A DNA stretch of 64,000 nt from positions 3,616,001 to 3,680,000 of the forward strand of contig OY970309.1 of NCBI GenBank assembly GCA_963716395.1, given 5' to 3'. The DNA is from an uncultured Fibrobacteria bacterium. Its GTDB lineage: Bacteria > Fibrobacterota > Fibrobacteria > UBA11236. Position numbers and translations under genes: made by a program. The notes beneath the pieces were generated by a model. It had not been told where the DNA came from and searched no databases. It saw only the letters and a program-made list of their open reading frames with translations. Every line of letters starts with the position of its first letter. The stretch's first letter is position 1. Of this stretch, positions 39,602-51,405 are shown piece by piece.

Positions 39602-40867
39602 TTAGGGATGCAATTCTTTTTCCACCATGTCGCGGTTGCGGCGCACCTTGGCCGCCACCGGGGCGTCGGGAAAATTGAAAAGGCAACTATCGAGCGCGGC
39701 CACGCTTTGCCGCAATCCGCGCACGCGCGCGGAATCATCGGCGGCTTTGCGCGCAGCGGCATAGGAGGAGGCCGCGGCCGCGCGCCGCTCTTCGCAATAG
39801 CGATCGCCCAAGGTTTGCCGGCGCTGCTTCACCCAATCGGCGCCGGCCTGATCCGAAACCGATTCGAGCACGCGCAGGGCTTCGAGGTAACTTCCATGCG
39901 ACGCCAGCGTGTCGACGCGGTTCTTGGCGTCCAGCAACACCGAATCGGGCAGGGCCGGCGACGCGCCGGCCGGAGCCGCAGCCGCGGAGGTATGCACGGA
40001 GGTATCCGGAGCGGTCGGAGCCGCGGGCGTCGCAAGTGAAGCCGGCGCGGAATTCGCTGGAGCCGGAACCAGGGCCGCGCCCGTCGTATCGGCGGGGACC
40101 GTCGCCGACGGCACCGGCAAGCCGCCCCGGAGTTTATCGCGCTCCCAACTGCGGTTGGCGAGTTTCTTCATCTCGCGGCGCAGACGGTCGTCCGAAATCA
40201 CGGGTAACAGCGCGTTCACCTGGTTGACGATTTGGTCATGCGGAGCGCCCTGCATATAGCTCTCGTGCAAATGCCGCAGACGCTGCTTGACTTCGTCGGG
40301 CAGCGGGCTTTGCAAAGCGTCGGCCAAAGCCAGACACCACCCCGCATCTTCGACCAGGCTGGATAATTCCAGGCGGTGCCGTTCGATTTCATGCGCGCGG
40401 TCCGTGGCCGCCTGCCAATCGCCATCGGCGCCGGCCTTGAGCATGGCCCGCGACAATTGCTCGATCATTTCCTGCACGGTAACCTTCTCGCCGCCGGGCA
40501 GGATAAACACCTTCTGGTCGCGCCCGTGATCGCGCACGCCGCCATGCCGCAACAGATATTCCAACTGATCATAGGCGTTGCGGCTGCGGCGCAGGGTTTC
40601 CCGGTCGGCGGGTGGAATAGCGCCCGCGTCGATTTGCAATTGGCGGTATCCCAGCATCAGGTCGAGCACCAGCGAGTCTTCCAAGGTGTGCAGGGTCGGC
40701 CGCAGGTTTTCCAGATCCGCTTTCTGCTGCCCGACCTGGGACGAAGTCGGACTGGAAGAGGGCGACGGACCGAGACTCGCGCACCCCCAGAAAAACACCG
40801 CAACTGCAAACGGGGCCGGTCCGCACAGACGGAAAAGTTTCTTCCCGATCATTCTTCGCGTATCCAT
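39602..40867 (-). CDS. Hypothetical lipoprotein, helical with Ala/Pro-rich linker
   Basis: Leader ending FFWGC followed by Ser/Pro tract; long ORF in operon with PBP and nadC. Confidence 0.65.
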   Translation of the reverse strand: MDTRRMIGKKLFRLCGPAPFAVAVFFWGCASLGPSPSSSPTSSQVGQQKADLENLRPTLHTLEDSLVLDLMLGYRQLQIDAGAIPPADRETLRRSRNAYDQLEYLLRHGGVRDHGRDQKVFILPGGEKVTVQEMIEQLSRAMLKAGADGDWQAATDRAHEIERHRLELSSLVEDAGWCLALADALQSPLPDEVKQRLRHLHESYMQGAPHDQIVNQVNALLPVISDDRLRREMKKLANRSWERDKLRGGLPVPSATVPADTTGAALVPAPANSAPASLATPAAPTAPDTSVHTSAAAAPAGASPALPDSVLLDAKNRVDTLASHGSYLEALRVLESVSDQAGADWVKQRRQTLGDRYCEERRAAAASSYAAARKAADDSARVRGLRQSVAALDSCLFNFPDAPVAAKVRRNRDMVEKELHP

Positions 40868-43800
40868 ACCGAAGCCGCTGCGGGGTTTTTCCCCGAAGTT
40901 TCTCCCGGGCCCAATTCATCGGAAACGTCTTCGGAATAATTGGTGGTAGCCGCGGAGTCGGCCGGCGCAGCCAAGGGTAGGCCGGTGCGGCGCGACACCC
41001 AAACGCGGTGGTATTGTTCGCGATCGAACCAGGGCGGTTGGCCGCTGGCGATGGTTTCCAGATCCAGCGTATCGACCCGGGTCGAATAATCTTCGAGCTT
41101 GACCATAGTTTGCGCCAAGGCCAACCAGGCCGGAACCGCGACCCAGGCGCCGGTGCCGCGAAATCCGGGATGGGTCATAGGGGCGTTGTCATCAAAACCC
41201 GTGTACACGCCCAAAGTGTAACCCGCCGCGGGATCGAAACCCTTTCCGGGGGCTTCGGGGGCGGCGATGAACCCGAGAAAAGCGCCGTTGCGGTAATCGT
41301 TGGTGGTGCCGGTTTTGCCGAAAGCCGGAACCGGCACCTCGGCCACGCTGGCGCCGCTGCCCAGCGGCATGCGCAATTCACGCCCAATGCGTTGACCGGT
41401 TCCGCCTTCCACCACCGAACCTAAGATAGCTTCGAGTTCGTAGCGCGTGCGATCCGAGATCACCGGCATGGGCTGGGCCGTATCCTGAAAAATCACCTGG
41501 CCTTCGGCCGTGGTGATGCGGTCGATATACAGTTGCGGCTGCCCGAAACGGGTGCGGTAGACGCAGCCATCCTGGAAAACCTGATACGCGTTGATCAACT
41601 CGCCCAACGTCACGACGTTGACTCCCAACGGATAAGACAGCACCGGATCGAGGGTGGAGGTGAGTCCCAGCTTGTGGCTGAAAGCCACGATATAGCGCAA
41701 GGCGGCCATGGCGCGAAAATCCGGAGAAGCGAACAGGTTTTCCTTGGTGTAGCGCGCCGCCGCAGGCACCCCGGTATCGCCCACGTGCAGGGAATCGGAA
41801 ACGCGTTGCAGCGTTTCCATGGTGATCTCGCCCTGCACCAACAGCGAGTCTTCGGCAGGCAGCGGGGTGGCGTCGCGCGGAACGGTTTTCCACTCGGCGT
41901 CGGGCAGGCGGGTGAAAATTCCCAGGCGCCCGTCGGAACTCCGGCGCGCCAGCACCATCTGCTCGTTCTCGGGGTAACCCCGGCGCCACTCCATGGCGCA
42001 GTCGACGAAGTCGAGGTAGCTGCGCTGCAGCAATTGCAAACGGATTGCATCTTCGGGATCACGCGAACCCTCGTACTTCTGGCGTTCGCGCGCAAAACCC
42101 GCTCCGTAAGGCAGCGAGCGTAGCTGATCAGCCTCTTGCAGGCGGCCTTCGAAGGTCAAATCGATGGCGAGGTCGTTGACGATTTGATGGTAGCGCAATT
42201 CGCGCAAATGCTCGTCGTCGAGTACCAGGCCCAGCGAATCGCGCACGAATACGGCGAAGTCGCCCTGCATGGCGAAACTCTCGGGCGCCAGGTGAATGCC
42301 GCGGCATTCCTGCCAGAAACGGGCGAAGTCGGTTTTGTCGAAAAGGTGGAAGAGCAGATAGACGCTGGCGATGTTTTCCGAGCGGCGTCCGGCCCAGGCC
42401 AGACTCACTGTGTCTTCGGGCGGATGATCGGGTTTCGGGAAATAGAACAGATCGCCCAGACGGAAATATTGGCGGTGATTCGGCAGCGGGTCGAAGGGTT
42501 TCCACCCCAATCCCAAAGCGGCGGCGTACACCAAGGGTTTGAACGAAGATCCGAATTGGCGCTTGGCCTGGTTGACGCGATCATAGCCGGTGTTGCCAAA
42601 GCCTCCCACGTTGGCCAGCACCTTGCCGTCTTGCAACACCTGCGCCGCGCCCTGTAATTCGGGCTTTTGCGCCAGATCCAATTCGGCGGCCAAATCCACT
42701 TTGCCCGAAGCCATTTCTTCCGGGGTATGGTAGGGCACCCCGCACAGCACGGTTTGTCCGGGCTGCAAATATTGCGCAGCAAAATTCTGCATGGCTTTTT
42801 TCGCTGGCAGCCCGGCATAGGCCGTGGATTGATGTCGGTTCCATTGCTGAAAAAAAGTTTCCAGCGCCGCTTGCGGCACGGCGCCCGTGAGCGCGCCGAA
42901 GCGCACGTGCAGCGCGTAGGGAGTGCCCCGCTGCCATTCGAGATCCATCACCCGGCCGGTGTAAAACGCGCCGGGCGCAAAACGGGTCAGCAGATCGGGG
43001 GTACTGTCGCGGGGAGGATGATACCCCCGCAGCATCAAATCCAGCTTCCACAAATTGGAGTACACCGCGTATTCGGTAGCGCGCTGGATGTCGGGATTCA
43101 AGGTGGTGTAGATGCGCAGGCCTGCGGTCATATAATCGTCGACATCGTATTGCTGCAGCACGGCCTGCATTTGCGGGTTGTCGAGCAGATGCTTGACCTT
43201 GACGATGTTGGTGGAAAGCCCGTAGCGGAAGGCTCCGCGCCGGAACACCAAAGTTTGCGATACGGCCGCGCGGTAGGCGCTGTCGGAAATCTTTCCCTGG
43301 TTGCGCATTTGCTTCAGCACATAGGCGATGCGGTAGCGGCCGCGCCGCAAGGCCGCCTGGCGTTTCTCCGCGGTTTCCTGTATGAAGGGATTGTACTGGT
43401 TCGGACCTTTCACCGAACCCGCGATAAAGGCGCATTCGAGCAGATTGAGATCGCGTAAATCCTTATTGAAGAAATAGCGCGCCGCAATGCGCACGCCGTG
43501 GCCGTTGCCCGCCACGTAAAACTGGTTCAGGTAAAATTCGAGGATTTCCTGTTTGCTGAAATGCCGTTCCAGACGGTAGGCGTTGATCAGTTCCTGCACC
43601 TTGCCCAACAGATTGCGGCCGCTGCGGCCGAAAAGATTCTTGGCGGTTTGTTGGGTCAGCGAACTGCCGCCGCGGCGCAGGCTTCCCGATTTGAGGTCAT
43701 CCAGGGCGGCCAGCAAGATGCCTTTGAAATCAACGGGGCCGTGTTCCCAAAAGCCGTGATCTTCGGCGGCGATCAAGGCATTGACCAGCAGCGGCGGAAT

Positions 43801-44040
43801 CGAATCGTAGGGGACATAATCGCGATGCGCGTGTTCAAAGAAAGTCCCCACTTCGGTTTTGCCGTCGGAATAATAGACCACCGATTCGCGGCCCAGGATT
43901 TGCAGAATGCCGTCGCGGGTAAAAACGTTCCCGGGATTTTGGCGAATGGCGATTTGAAAGGCGATGAAAGCAGCCGCGGCCACCAGCAATGCCAAAATGC
44001 CGGCGGCCATCGCCCAAGAAATCCAACCACTGCGACGCAT
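40849..44040 (-). CDS. Class A penicillin-binding protein (transglycosylase/transpeptidase)
   Basis: N-terminal TM; AAEDHGFWEH, GGSSLTQQ, ILEFYLN; SSFK, SEN and KTG transpeptidase motifs. Confidence 0.88.
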   Translation of the reverse strand: MRRSGWISWAMAAGILALLVAAAAFIAFQIAIRQNPGNVFTRDGILQILGRESVVYYSDGKTEVGTFFEHAHRDYVPYDSIPPLLVNALIAAEDHGFWEHGPVDFKGILLAALDDLKSGSLRRGGSSLTQQTAKNLFGRSGRNLLGKVQELINAYRLERHFSKQEILEFYLNQFYVAGNGHGVRIAARYFFNKDLRDLNLLECAFIAGSVKGPNQYNPFIQETAEKRQAALRRGRYRIAYVLKQMRNQGKISDSAYRAAVSQTLVFRRGAFRYGLSTNIVKVKHLLDNPQMQAVLQQYDVDDYMTAGLRIYTTLNPDIQRATEYAVYSNLWKLDLMLRGYHPPRDSTPDLLTRFAPGAFYTGRVMDLEWQRGTPYALHVRFGALTGAVPQAALETFFQQWNRHQSTAYAGLPAKKAMQNFAAQYLQPGQTVLCGVPYHTPEEMASGKVDLAAELDLAQKPELQGAAQVLQDGKVLANVGGFGNTGYDRVNQAKRQFGSSFKPLVYAAALGLGWKPFDPLPNHRQYFRLGDLFYFPKPDHPPEDTVSLAWAGRRSENIASVYLLFHLFDKTDFARFWQECRGIHLAPESFAMQGDFAVFVRDSLGLVLDDEHLRELRYHQIVNDLAIDLTFEGRLQEADQLRSLPYGAGFARERQKYEGSRDPEDAIRLQLLQRSYLDFVDCAMEWRRGYPENEQMVLARRSSDGRLGIFTRLPDAEWKTVPRDATPLPAEDSLLVQGEITMETLQRVSDSLHVGDTGVPAAARYTKENLFASPDFRAMAALRYIVAFSHKLGLTSTLDPVLSYPLGVNVVTLGELINAYQVFQDGCVYRTRFGQPQLYIDRITTAEGQVIFQDTAQPMPVISDRTRYELEAILGSVVEGGTGQRIGRELRMPLGSGASVAEVPVPAFGKTGTTNDYRNGAFLGFIAAPEAPGKGFDPAAGYTLGVYTGFDDNAPMTHPGFRGTGAWVAVPAWLALAQTMVKLEDYSTRVDTLDLETIASGQPPWFDREQYHRVWVSRRTGLPLAAPADSAATTNYSEDVSDELGPGETSGKNPAAASVWIREE

Positions 44041-44196
44041 CTTGTTTCGGGAAAGCTGGAAGTTTAGGAATCCGAACCGCGCATCTCAAAAATCATTCCC
44101 TTCGCCTCGTTTCGCTGTGCGCCGTCGGTTTTCCTAACTATAATTCTCATCCACTTGCGGAGGGAAATTCCGTTCGGCGGTGCCCCAAGCCCCTTC

Positions 44197-44288
44197 GGAG
44201 AGGTGGCCGAGCTGGTCGAAGGCGGCGGTTTGCTAAACCGCTGTAGGAGTGAATGCTTCTACCAAGGGTTCGAATCCCTTCCTCTCCG
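44197..44288 (+). tRNA. tRNA-Ser (GCT), CCA not encoded
   Basis: GGAGAGGTGGCCGAG...GCGGTTTGCTAAACCGC, long variable arm, GGTTCGAATCC...CCTCTCCG. Confidence 0.93.
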
Positions 44289-44335
44289 CGGCCTGGGACC
44301 GTTCCGGGCCGGAACCCGTCCCTCCCCAACCGAGT

Positions 44336-45823
44336 ATGAATTCGCAACCGAATCCAACACGTGTTCGCGTCCGCTTCGCTCCCAGCCCCACCGGCTACTT
44401 GCATGTGGGCGGAGCCCGTACCGCCATTTTCAACTGGCTGTTCGCGCGCCATACGGGCGGAGATTTTCTCTTGCGCATCGAAGACACCGATCAATCCCGC
44501 TATGACGAAAAAGCCCTGCACGCCCTGATCGCCGATTTGAAGTGGCTGGGGCTGAACTGGGATGAAGGCCCCGAAATCGGCGGACCACATGCTCCCTATT
44601 TTCAATCGCAGCGACTGAGCCATTACCGGCAATGCGCGCAAGAGCTGATCGAAGCGGGCCATGCCTATCCCTGTTTCTGCACCACCGAACGCCTCGAAGC
44701 CCTGCGCGAGCAGCAAAGGCTGAACAATCTGCCGTCGAACTATGATCGCCTGTGCCGCAACCTTCCCGTCGACACGGCGCGCCAGCGCATGGCCGAGGAA
44801 AAATTCGTGGTGCGCTTCAAGTCGCCCTTTCACGGCACCACCCATTTCATAGATTTCATCCGCGGGCCCATCGAATATCAGAACCGCGTTCTCGACGATT
44901 TGGTGCTGCTGAAAAGCGACGGCTTTCCCACCTACCATCTCGCCAATGTGGTGGACGATCACCGCATGGAAATCTCCCACGTGCTGCGCGGCGACGAATG
45001 GATTCCCAGCACCCCGCGGCATGTGCTTTTGTACCAGGCCCTGGGCTGGCAACCGCCGGTGTTCTGCCATCTGCCGGTGATCCTGGCCGAAGGCGGGGGC
45101 AAATTGAGCAAGCGCAAAGGCGCGGCTTCGGTGGGCGACTACCGCGATTTGGGCTACTTGCCCGAAGCCTTGGTGAACTTTCTGTCCTTGCTGGGCTGGA
45201 GCCCGGGCGAAGACCAGGAGTTCATGGAAAAAGCCGAATTGATCCAACGCTTTTCCCTGGAACGCGTCCATCCCAAAAGCGCGGTGTTCGACGAACGCAA
45301 ATTGGAATGGCTGAACGGCCAGTATTTTCTGCGCCGCGACGCGGCCTACTTTCCGCCTTTGCTCAAACCGCTGTGGGAGAAAGCGGGCATTCCGGTCGAA
45401 ACGCTGACCGAAAGCGCCATGCTCAAGGCCGCGTCTTTGCTGAAAGACCGCTCCAAACGGCTGCCCGACTTCGTGGAATTCGGCCGCTACTTTTTTCAAG
45501 ACCCCGAAGCCTATGAAGAAAAGGCACGCCGCAAACACTTTGTTCCCGGCGCCGAAACTTTGCTCGACGAATTGATCCGGGCTTTGGAAGCGCTCGACGA
45601 TTTCTCACCGGCCGCTTTGGAGGCTTGCTACCGCAACGTGGCCGAAGGTTTGAGCCGCAAGGCGGCCGACCTCATCCACCCTACCCGTTTGGCCATCTCC
45701 GGGATTTCATTCGGCCCCGGTCTGTTTGAACTTATGTCGGCTTTGGGGCGCGAAACCGTTTTGCGTCGCCTGAGCAAAGCCGCCGCCTCCATCCGCGCCG
45801 CAGCTTTGTCGACCCCGACTTAA
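44336..45823 (+). CDS. gltX: Glutamate--tRNA ligase
   Basis: RFAPSPTGYLHVGG, LRIEDTD, PTYHLANVVDDH, KLSKR. Confidence 0.95.
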   Translation: MNSQPNPTRVRVRFAPSPTGYLHVGGARTAIFNWLFARHTGGDFLLRIEDTDQSRYDEKALHALIADLKWLGLNWDEGPEIGGPHAPYFQSQRLSHYRQCAQELIEAGHAYPCFCTTERLEALREQQRLNNLPSNYDRLCRNLPVDTARQRMAEEKFVVRFKSPFHGTTHFIDFIRGPIEYQNRVLDDLVLLKSDGFPTYHLANVVDDHRMEISHVLRGDEWIPSTPRHVLLYQALGWQPPVFCHLPVILAEGGGKLSKRKGAASVGDYRDLGYLPEALVNFLSLLGWSPGEDQEFMEKAELIQRFSLERVHPKSAVFDERKLEWLNGQYFLRRDAAYFPPLLKPLWEKAGIPVETLTESAMLKAASLLKDRSKRLPDFVEFGRYFFQDPEAYEEKARRKHFVPGAETLLDELIRALEALDDFSPAALEACYRNVAEGLSRKAADLIHPTRLAISGISFGPGLFELMSALGRETVLRRLSKAAASIRAAALSTPT

Positions 45824-45840
45824 GCCCCGCACTTTTTGCT

Positions 45841-46974
45841 TTAGTCGAGCGGTTTGCCCTGAGCCCAATCGCGCAGCAGCGCGGCCACGTCGGCGCGCTC
45901 CGGGCTGCGTGCATTGCGCACATACCATCCCGAAGTGCCGACGCCGCAATACAACGCGTCGCGCGGCGCAAGGCCGGCCATGAGGCCGCTGGTAAACCCG
46001 CCGTTGAAGTGATCGCCCGCGCCCGTGGAGAGCTTGGGATTGGGACAATACGGCCCGTCGACTCCAGCCGATACGCCGTCGATCCAAGCCCCGGCGCATC
46101 GCAAGGCATGGACCACCACGCCGAAAATCCCCATGGTCTGGGCGATACGCACGGCCGCGGCTTCGACGCTGGCCGCATTTTCCTGCGGCATGTCCCGCAG
46201 GCCGAGCGCGTCGCTGACCTGTTCGGCTTCGCGTAGGTTCAATCCGAGAATGCAGGGTGCCTTGGCGTTCAAAGCGCGGATTTGCCGTAGCACCTGTTCC
46301 AAATCCTGCCGTGGCCGCTTTTCCGGATCGGTCAAATCGAAAAAGAGCTTCACCTTGGAGCCGGTTGGAAGCAGCACGGCCAGGCGATCGAATACGTCGC
46401 CCATTTCCGTCAGCATGGTCCAATTGGTACAGACCACCATATCGGAGGCGAGAATCAGAGCACGAAACCGCTCCGCGCCCATTACGCCTTCGATGCGCTT
46501 CCAACTTACGTCGCGCAGGGTCTGAAGCTTCCCCAGCATCAGCTTGCCGTCTTGGAATTCCAGCGCATCGGTGTGGCCGGGGTTTCCCAAGGAAATCACC
46601 TCGGCTTTACTCGCCAACGGATCAAAGACCGGAAGCACCTTGGGATATCCAAGCAAACCGATGCAGGTGACCCGGCTTCCCAAGTTCGCCACCGCCATCG
46701 ACATCAGGGGGCCATTGCCTCCCATTTTGATTTGGATGGGAACCAGTTCGATGTTGGCGGATTTTCCCGCGGCCGAACTGACGCGGGCCGAAAAATCCGC
46801 GATGGTTGAGACGCGATCGTAATCGTCGATGCTACGACGCGTTTCCACCGCGTGCAGGATTTCGTCGACAAAGCCATCGAATCCAATGGTGAAGCGGGTT
46901 TTGGACAAGGCCGCTTCCGCTTTTTCCAAAGCCGCAGCGGCCTGTAAAATTTCATCTTTCATCAAAGCAGGCAC
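45841..46974 (-). CDS. PfkB/ribokinase-like carbohydrate kinase
   Basis: GFDGFVD, KMGGNG, LNLREA, STGAGDHFNGG. Confidence 0.78.
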   Translation of the reverse strand: MPALMKDEILQAAAALEKAEAALSKTRFTIGFDGFVDEILHAVETRRSIDDYDRVSTIADFSARVSSAAGKSANIELVPIQIKMGGNGPLMSMAVANLGSRVTCIGLLGYPKVLPVFDPLASKAEVISLGNPGHTDALEFQDGKLMLGKLQTLRDVSWKRIEGVMGAERFRALILASDMVVCTNWTMLTEMGDVFDRLAVLLPTGSKVKLFFDLTDPEKRPRQDLEQVLRQIRALNAKAPCILGLNLREAEQVSDALGLRDMPQENAASVEAAAVRIAQTMGIFGVVVHALRCAGAWIDGVSAGVDGPYCPNPKLSTGAGDHFNGGFTSGLMAGLAPRDALYCGVGTSGWYVRNARSPERADVAALLRDWAQGKPLD

Positions 46975-47005
46975 TTTGAATCCTTCCGTGTCGAAGTAGG
47001 GCCGT

Positions 47006-47350
47006 CTAGCGATTCAACGCCATGTCGAGACTGGGAAACAGGGGAACCATTTCGGTGATACCCGCGATTTCCAAGACGTCGACCACATGATCATTCTGAC
47101 AGGCCAGTTTCAATTCGCATTGGTTCTCCAGCCCCCATTTGATGAGGCGCGAGAATTCTCCCAACGCCACACTGGAAATCAAGGTGACTCCCATGCAGTC
47201 AAACACCACCTTGGAAGGATGTTCGATGCGCAAGCGGGAAAACTCCTGCCGCAGTAAATCTATGACCTCAAACGTGGCGTCGCCGATGATTTCCACCACC
47301 GTGTGTCCCTTTTTCTGGAAAGAGCGGCAAGAAAAAGCGGTCTTTCCCAT
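47006..47350 (-). CDS. STAS domain protein (anti-sigma factor antagonist)
   Basis: VVFDCMGVTLISSVALG, VLEIAGI; 114 aa. Confidence 0.8.
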   Translation of the reverse strand: MGKTAFSCRSFQKKGHTVVEIIGDATFEVIDLLRQEFSRLRIEHPSKVVFDCMGVTLISSVALGEFSRLIKWGLENQCELKLACQNDHVVDVLEIAGITEMVPLFPSLDMALNR

Positions 47351-47424
47351 TTTATGTACTCATGGCGGCGAAGGTTTCAAAATTACAACATTTACAAGGT
47401 AATTCTCAGAATTAATCCATTTCC

Positions 47425-49411
<1,987 letters not shown>

Positions 49412-49472
49412 CCTTGCTCCTTTAGGAAAAACCCACCGAGTTGGCAGGCTGATGGTTATGGCAGCAACACCA

Positions 49473-49487
49473 TCAATCCTTGTGCCA
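49473..49487 (-). promoter_or_regulatory. Sigma54-like promoter for porin-glnB
   Basis: TGGCAC-AAGGA-TTGA (GA variant at -12). Confidence 0.55.
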
Positions 49488-49909
49488 TCGCGAAATCAAA
49501 ATGAAAAACGCAGAATTCCGTTTAAATTATTGGAAATAGAATCTCCATGACGACATGCGATACCCCCGCAAAAATGACAGTGAGAATGCACAGATCGGCA
49601 CATTTGTTAACAATAACGGCGAAGTAAGGCGCAATAGCTGATGGCATCGATTAAATGATGACATTGTGTTTTCTTTGCGTTTTTAACAAAATCCCCTTTA
49701 TAACTGGTTTTATTGAAGAGTTTCCCAGAGATTCCTTAACTTGGGAAGTCGAGGTCTGATACGAGTTTCCGACGCTGTCGAGAAATGTCCACCCCGCCGG
49801 CGGCAGGTCTGAGCCGGTTGTAGTGGAGGTCGGGGGGAATGCACCCGCGGTGGAATGGTTTCGGGCCGGTAGCTAAAACCGATGTCCTTTACGCACAGAC
49901 ACTTAGACT

Positions 49910-50695
49910 TCAAACAGGATCTGCTTCACGCCAAGCCGCCAATAAATGCTCGGCAATATCTGGAATTCCTTTGCCGGCATTGACTTGAGCGAAGAGAAAG
50001 GGCCCTGGACCGCGCATGCGGGCCGCATCGCTGCGCATCACTTCCAAATCGGCACCTACATACGGGGCCAAGTCGATTTTGTTGATGACGAGCAAATCGC
50101 TTTGCGTGATGCCGGGCCCGCCCTTGCGGGGAATTTTGTCGCCACCGGAGACGTCGATTACGTACACGGTGTAATCGGCCAGGTCGCGGCCGAAATGGGC
50201 GGCCAGATTGTCACCCCCGCTTTCCACCAAAAGGAGATCGATGGCGCCGTCGAAACGGCGCATCAGTTCTTCGCACGCATCGAGGTTCGAAGACACGTCT
50301 TCGCGAATGGCCGCATGCGGACACCCCCCGGTTTCCACGGCTAGAATTCTTTCCGCGGGCAGGGCCTGATGGCGGGTCAGAAATTCTCCGTCCTCGCGCG
50401 TGAAGATGTCGTTGGTCACGACACCGAGGCTGTACGTGTCTCGCAGCGTCTCGCACAGCGCCTTGACCAGCGCGGTTTTCCCCGATCCCACCGGTCCGCC
50501 GATCCCCACGGTAAACGCCCGACGTTTGAAATCGCGATCGCCGCGCATCAATTCCCGCAGCCGGTATTGTCCCGGTGAATCCCAATGTTCATGCGTATGC
50601 GCCGGGCCTGCGTGTGGATGGTCATGGTCATGGGCGTGAAGCGTTCCATCGCCGTGTCGATGCAAAAGATCAGGCCGGTCTTTTCGAGTTTCCAT
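49910..50695 (-). CDS. ureG: Urease accessory GTPase UreG with His-rich N-terminus
   Basis: [35 protein letters not shown]. Confidence 0.95.
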   Translation of the reverse strand: METRKDRPDLLHRHGDGTLHAHDHDHPHAGPAHTHEHWDSPGQYRLRELMRGDRDFKRRAFTVGIGGPVGSGKTALVKALCETLRDTYSLGVVTNDIFTREDGEFLTRHQALPAERILAVETGGCPHAAIREDVSSNLDACEELMRRFDGAIDLLLVESGGDNLAAHFGRDLADYTVYVIDVSGGDKIPRKGGPGITQSDLLVINKIDLAPYVGADLEVMRSDAARMRGPGPFLFAQVNAGKGIPDIAEHLLAAWREADPV

Positions 50696-50701
50696 GGTGC
50701 C

Positions 50702-51382
50702 TCAATTCTGAAACAGGCGGCTATATAAGAATTGGTGGCAGCCCTGCCCCACTTCGAGCAGCGGGGCGGTTTTCCACGCCGCCTCATGCCGCAGTTTGGC
50801 GTATTCGGGCAAGGTGCTTTGGGCCTTGGCCAGCAAGCGCGATTGCAAAGCCTGCGCGGCGCGCGGACCCAGCAGCCCCAAACGCACGGTCGCGCTGATT
50901 TGATCGCGCACTTGCAAATACACATACAGGGATTGCGCCTCTGCCAATTCGGCGCCGAGCGCAGCCAGAGCAAACCCCAACAGCGGCAGAAAATGCGCGG
51001 GCCGGGATTCGCGCTCCAGGACAACCTGCAACCCGAACAAATCGGGATGGGCATAAAGGCTCACGAGCAGATCCAAAAGGGTTTTACCCTGCCGCAGCGA
51101 AGCCTTACGCATGGCTTGATTGCAAAAACAGGCGTCCCATTCCCACAACAAGGCCGGAAGAAAGTTCGACTCCTGCTCCCGGGCCGCGTAGGCTGAATTC
51201 AAATACGGCAAGTCTTGCGACAGGGCTTGGGCCGCATAGGCTTCAAGATACTGCTCCAGCGCCTCACCACTTTCAAAGCACCCGGCGCACGCCAAACCTT
51301 CGAGGCCGCTGCTGTAGGCAAAGGCGCCGGTGGGAAAAGCCGAATCGGCCAGGTGCAGCAAATCGGTCAAGGCGATTGGCAT
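50702..51382 (-). CDS. ureF: Urease accessory protein UreF
   Basis: DSAFPTGAFAYSSGLE, VRLG.LGP, H..LYSRLF. Confidence 0.9.
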   Translation of the reverse strand: MPIALTDLLHLADSAFPTGAFAYSSGLEGLACAGCFESGEALEQYLEAYAAQALSQDLPYLNSAYAAREQESNFLPALLWEWDACFCNQAMRKASLRQGKTLLDLLVSLYAHPDLFGLQVVLERESRPAHFLPLLGFALAALGAELAEAQSLYVYLQVRDQISATVRLGLLGPRAAQALQSRLLAKAQSTLPEYAKLRHEAAWKTAPLLEVGQGCHQFLYSRLFQN

Positions 51383-51405
51383 CGACGTCACCTCTCGGCT
51401 ACAGC

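Noticed and set aside
44249-44335. GltX N-terminal extension starting inside tRNA-Ser
   Set aside because: An in-frame ATG at 44336 lies just before the conserved RVRFAPSPTG
44147-45538. 463-aa antisense ORF opposite gltX
   Set aside because: Shadow ORF typical of GC-rich coding sequence; also overlaps tRNA-Ser
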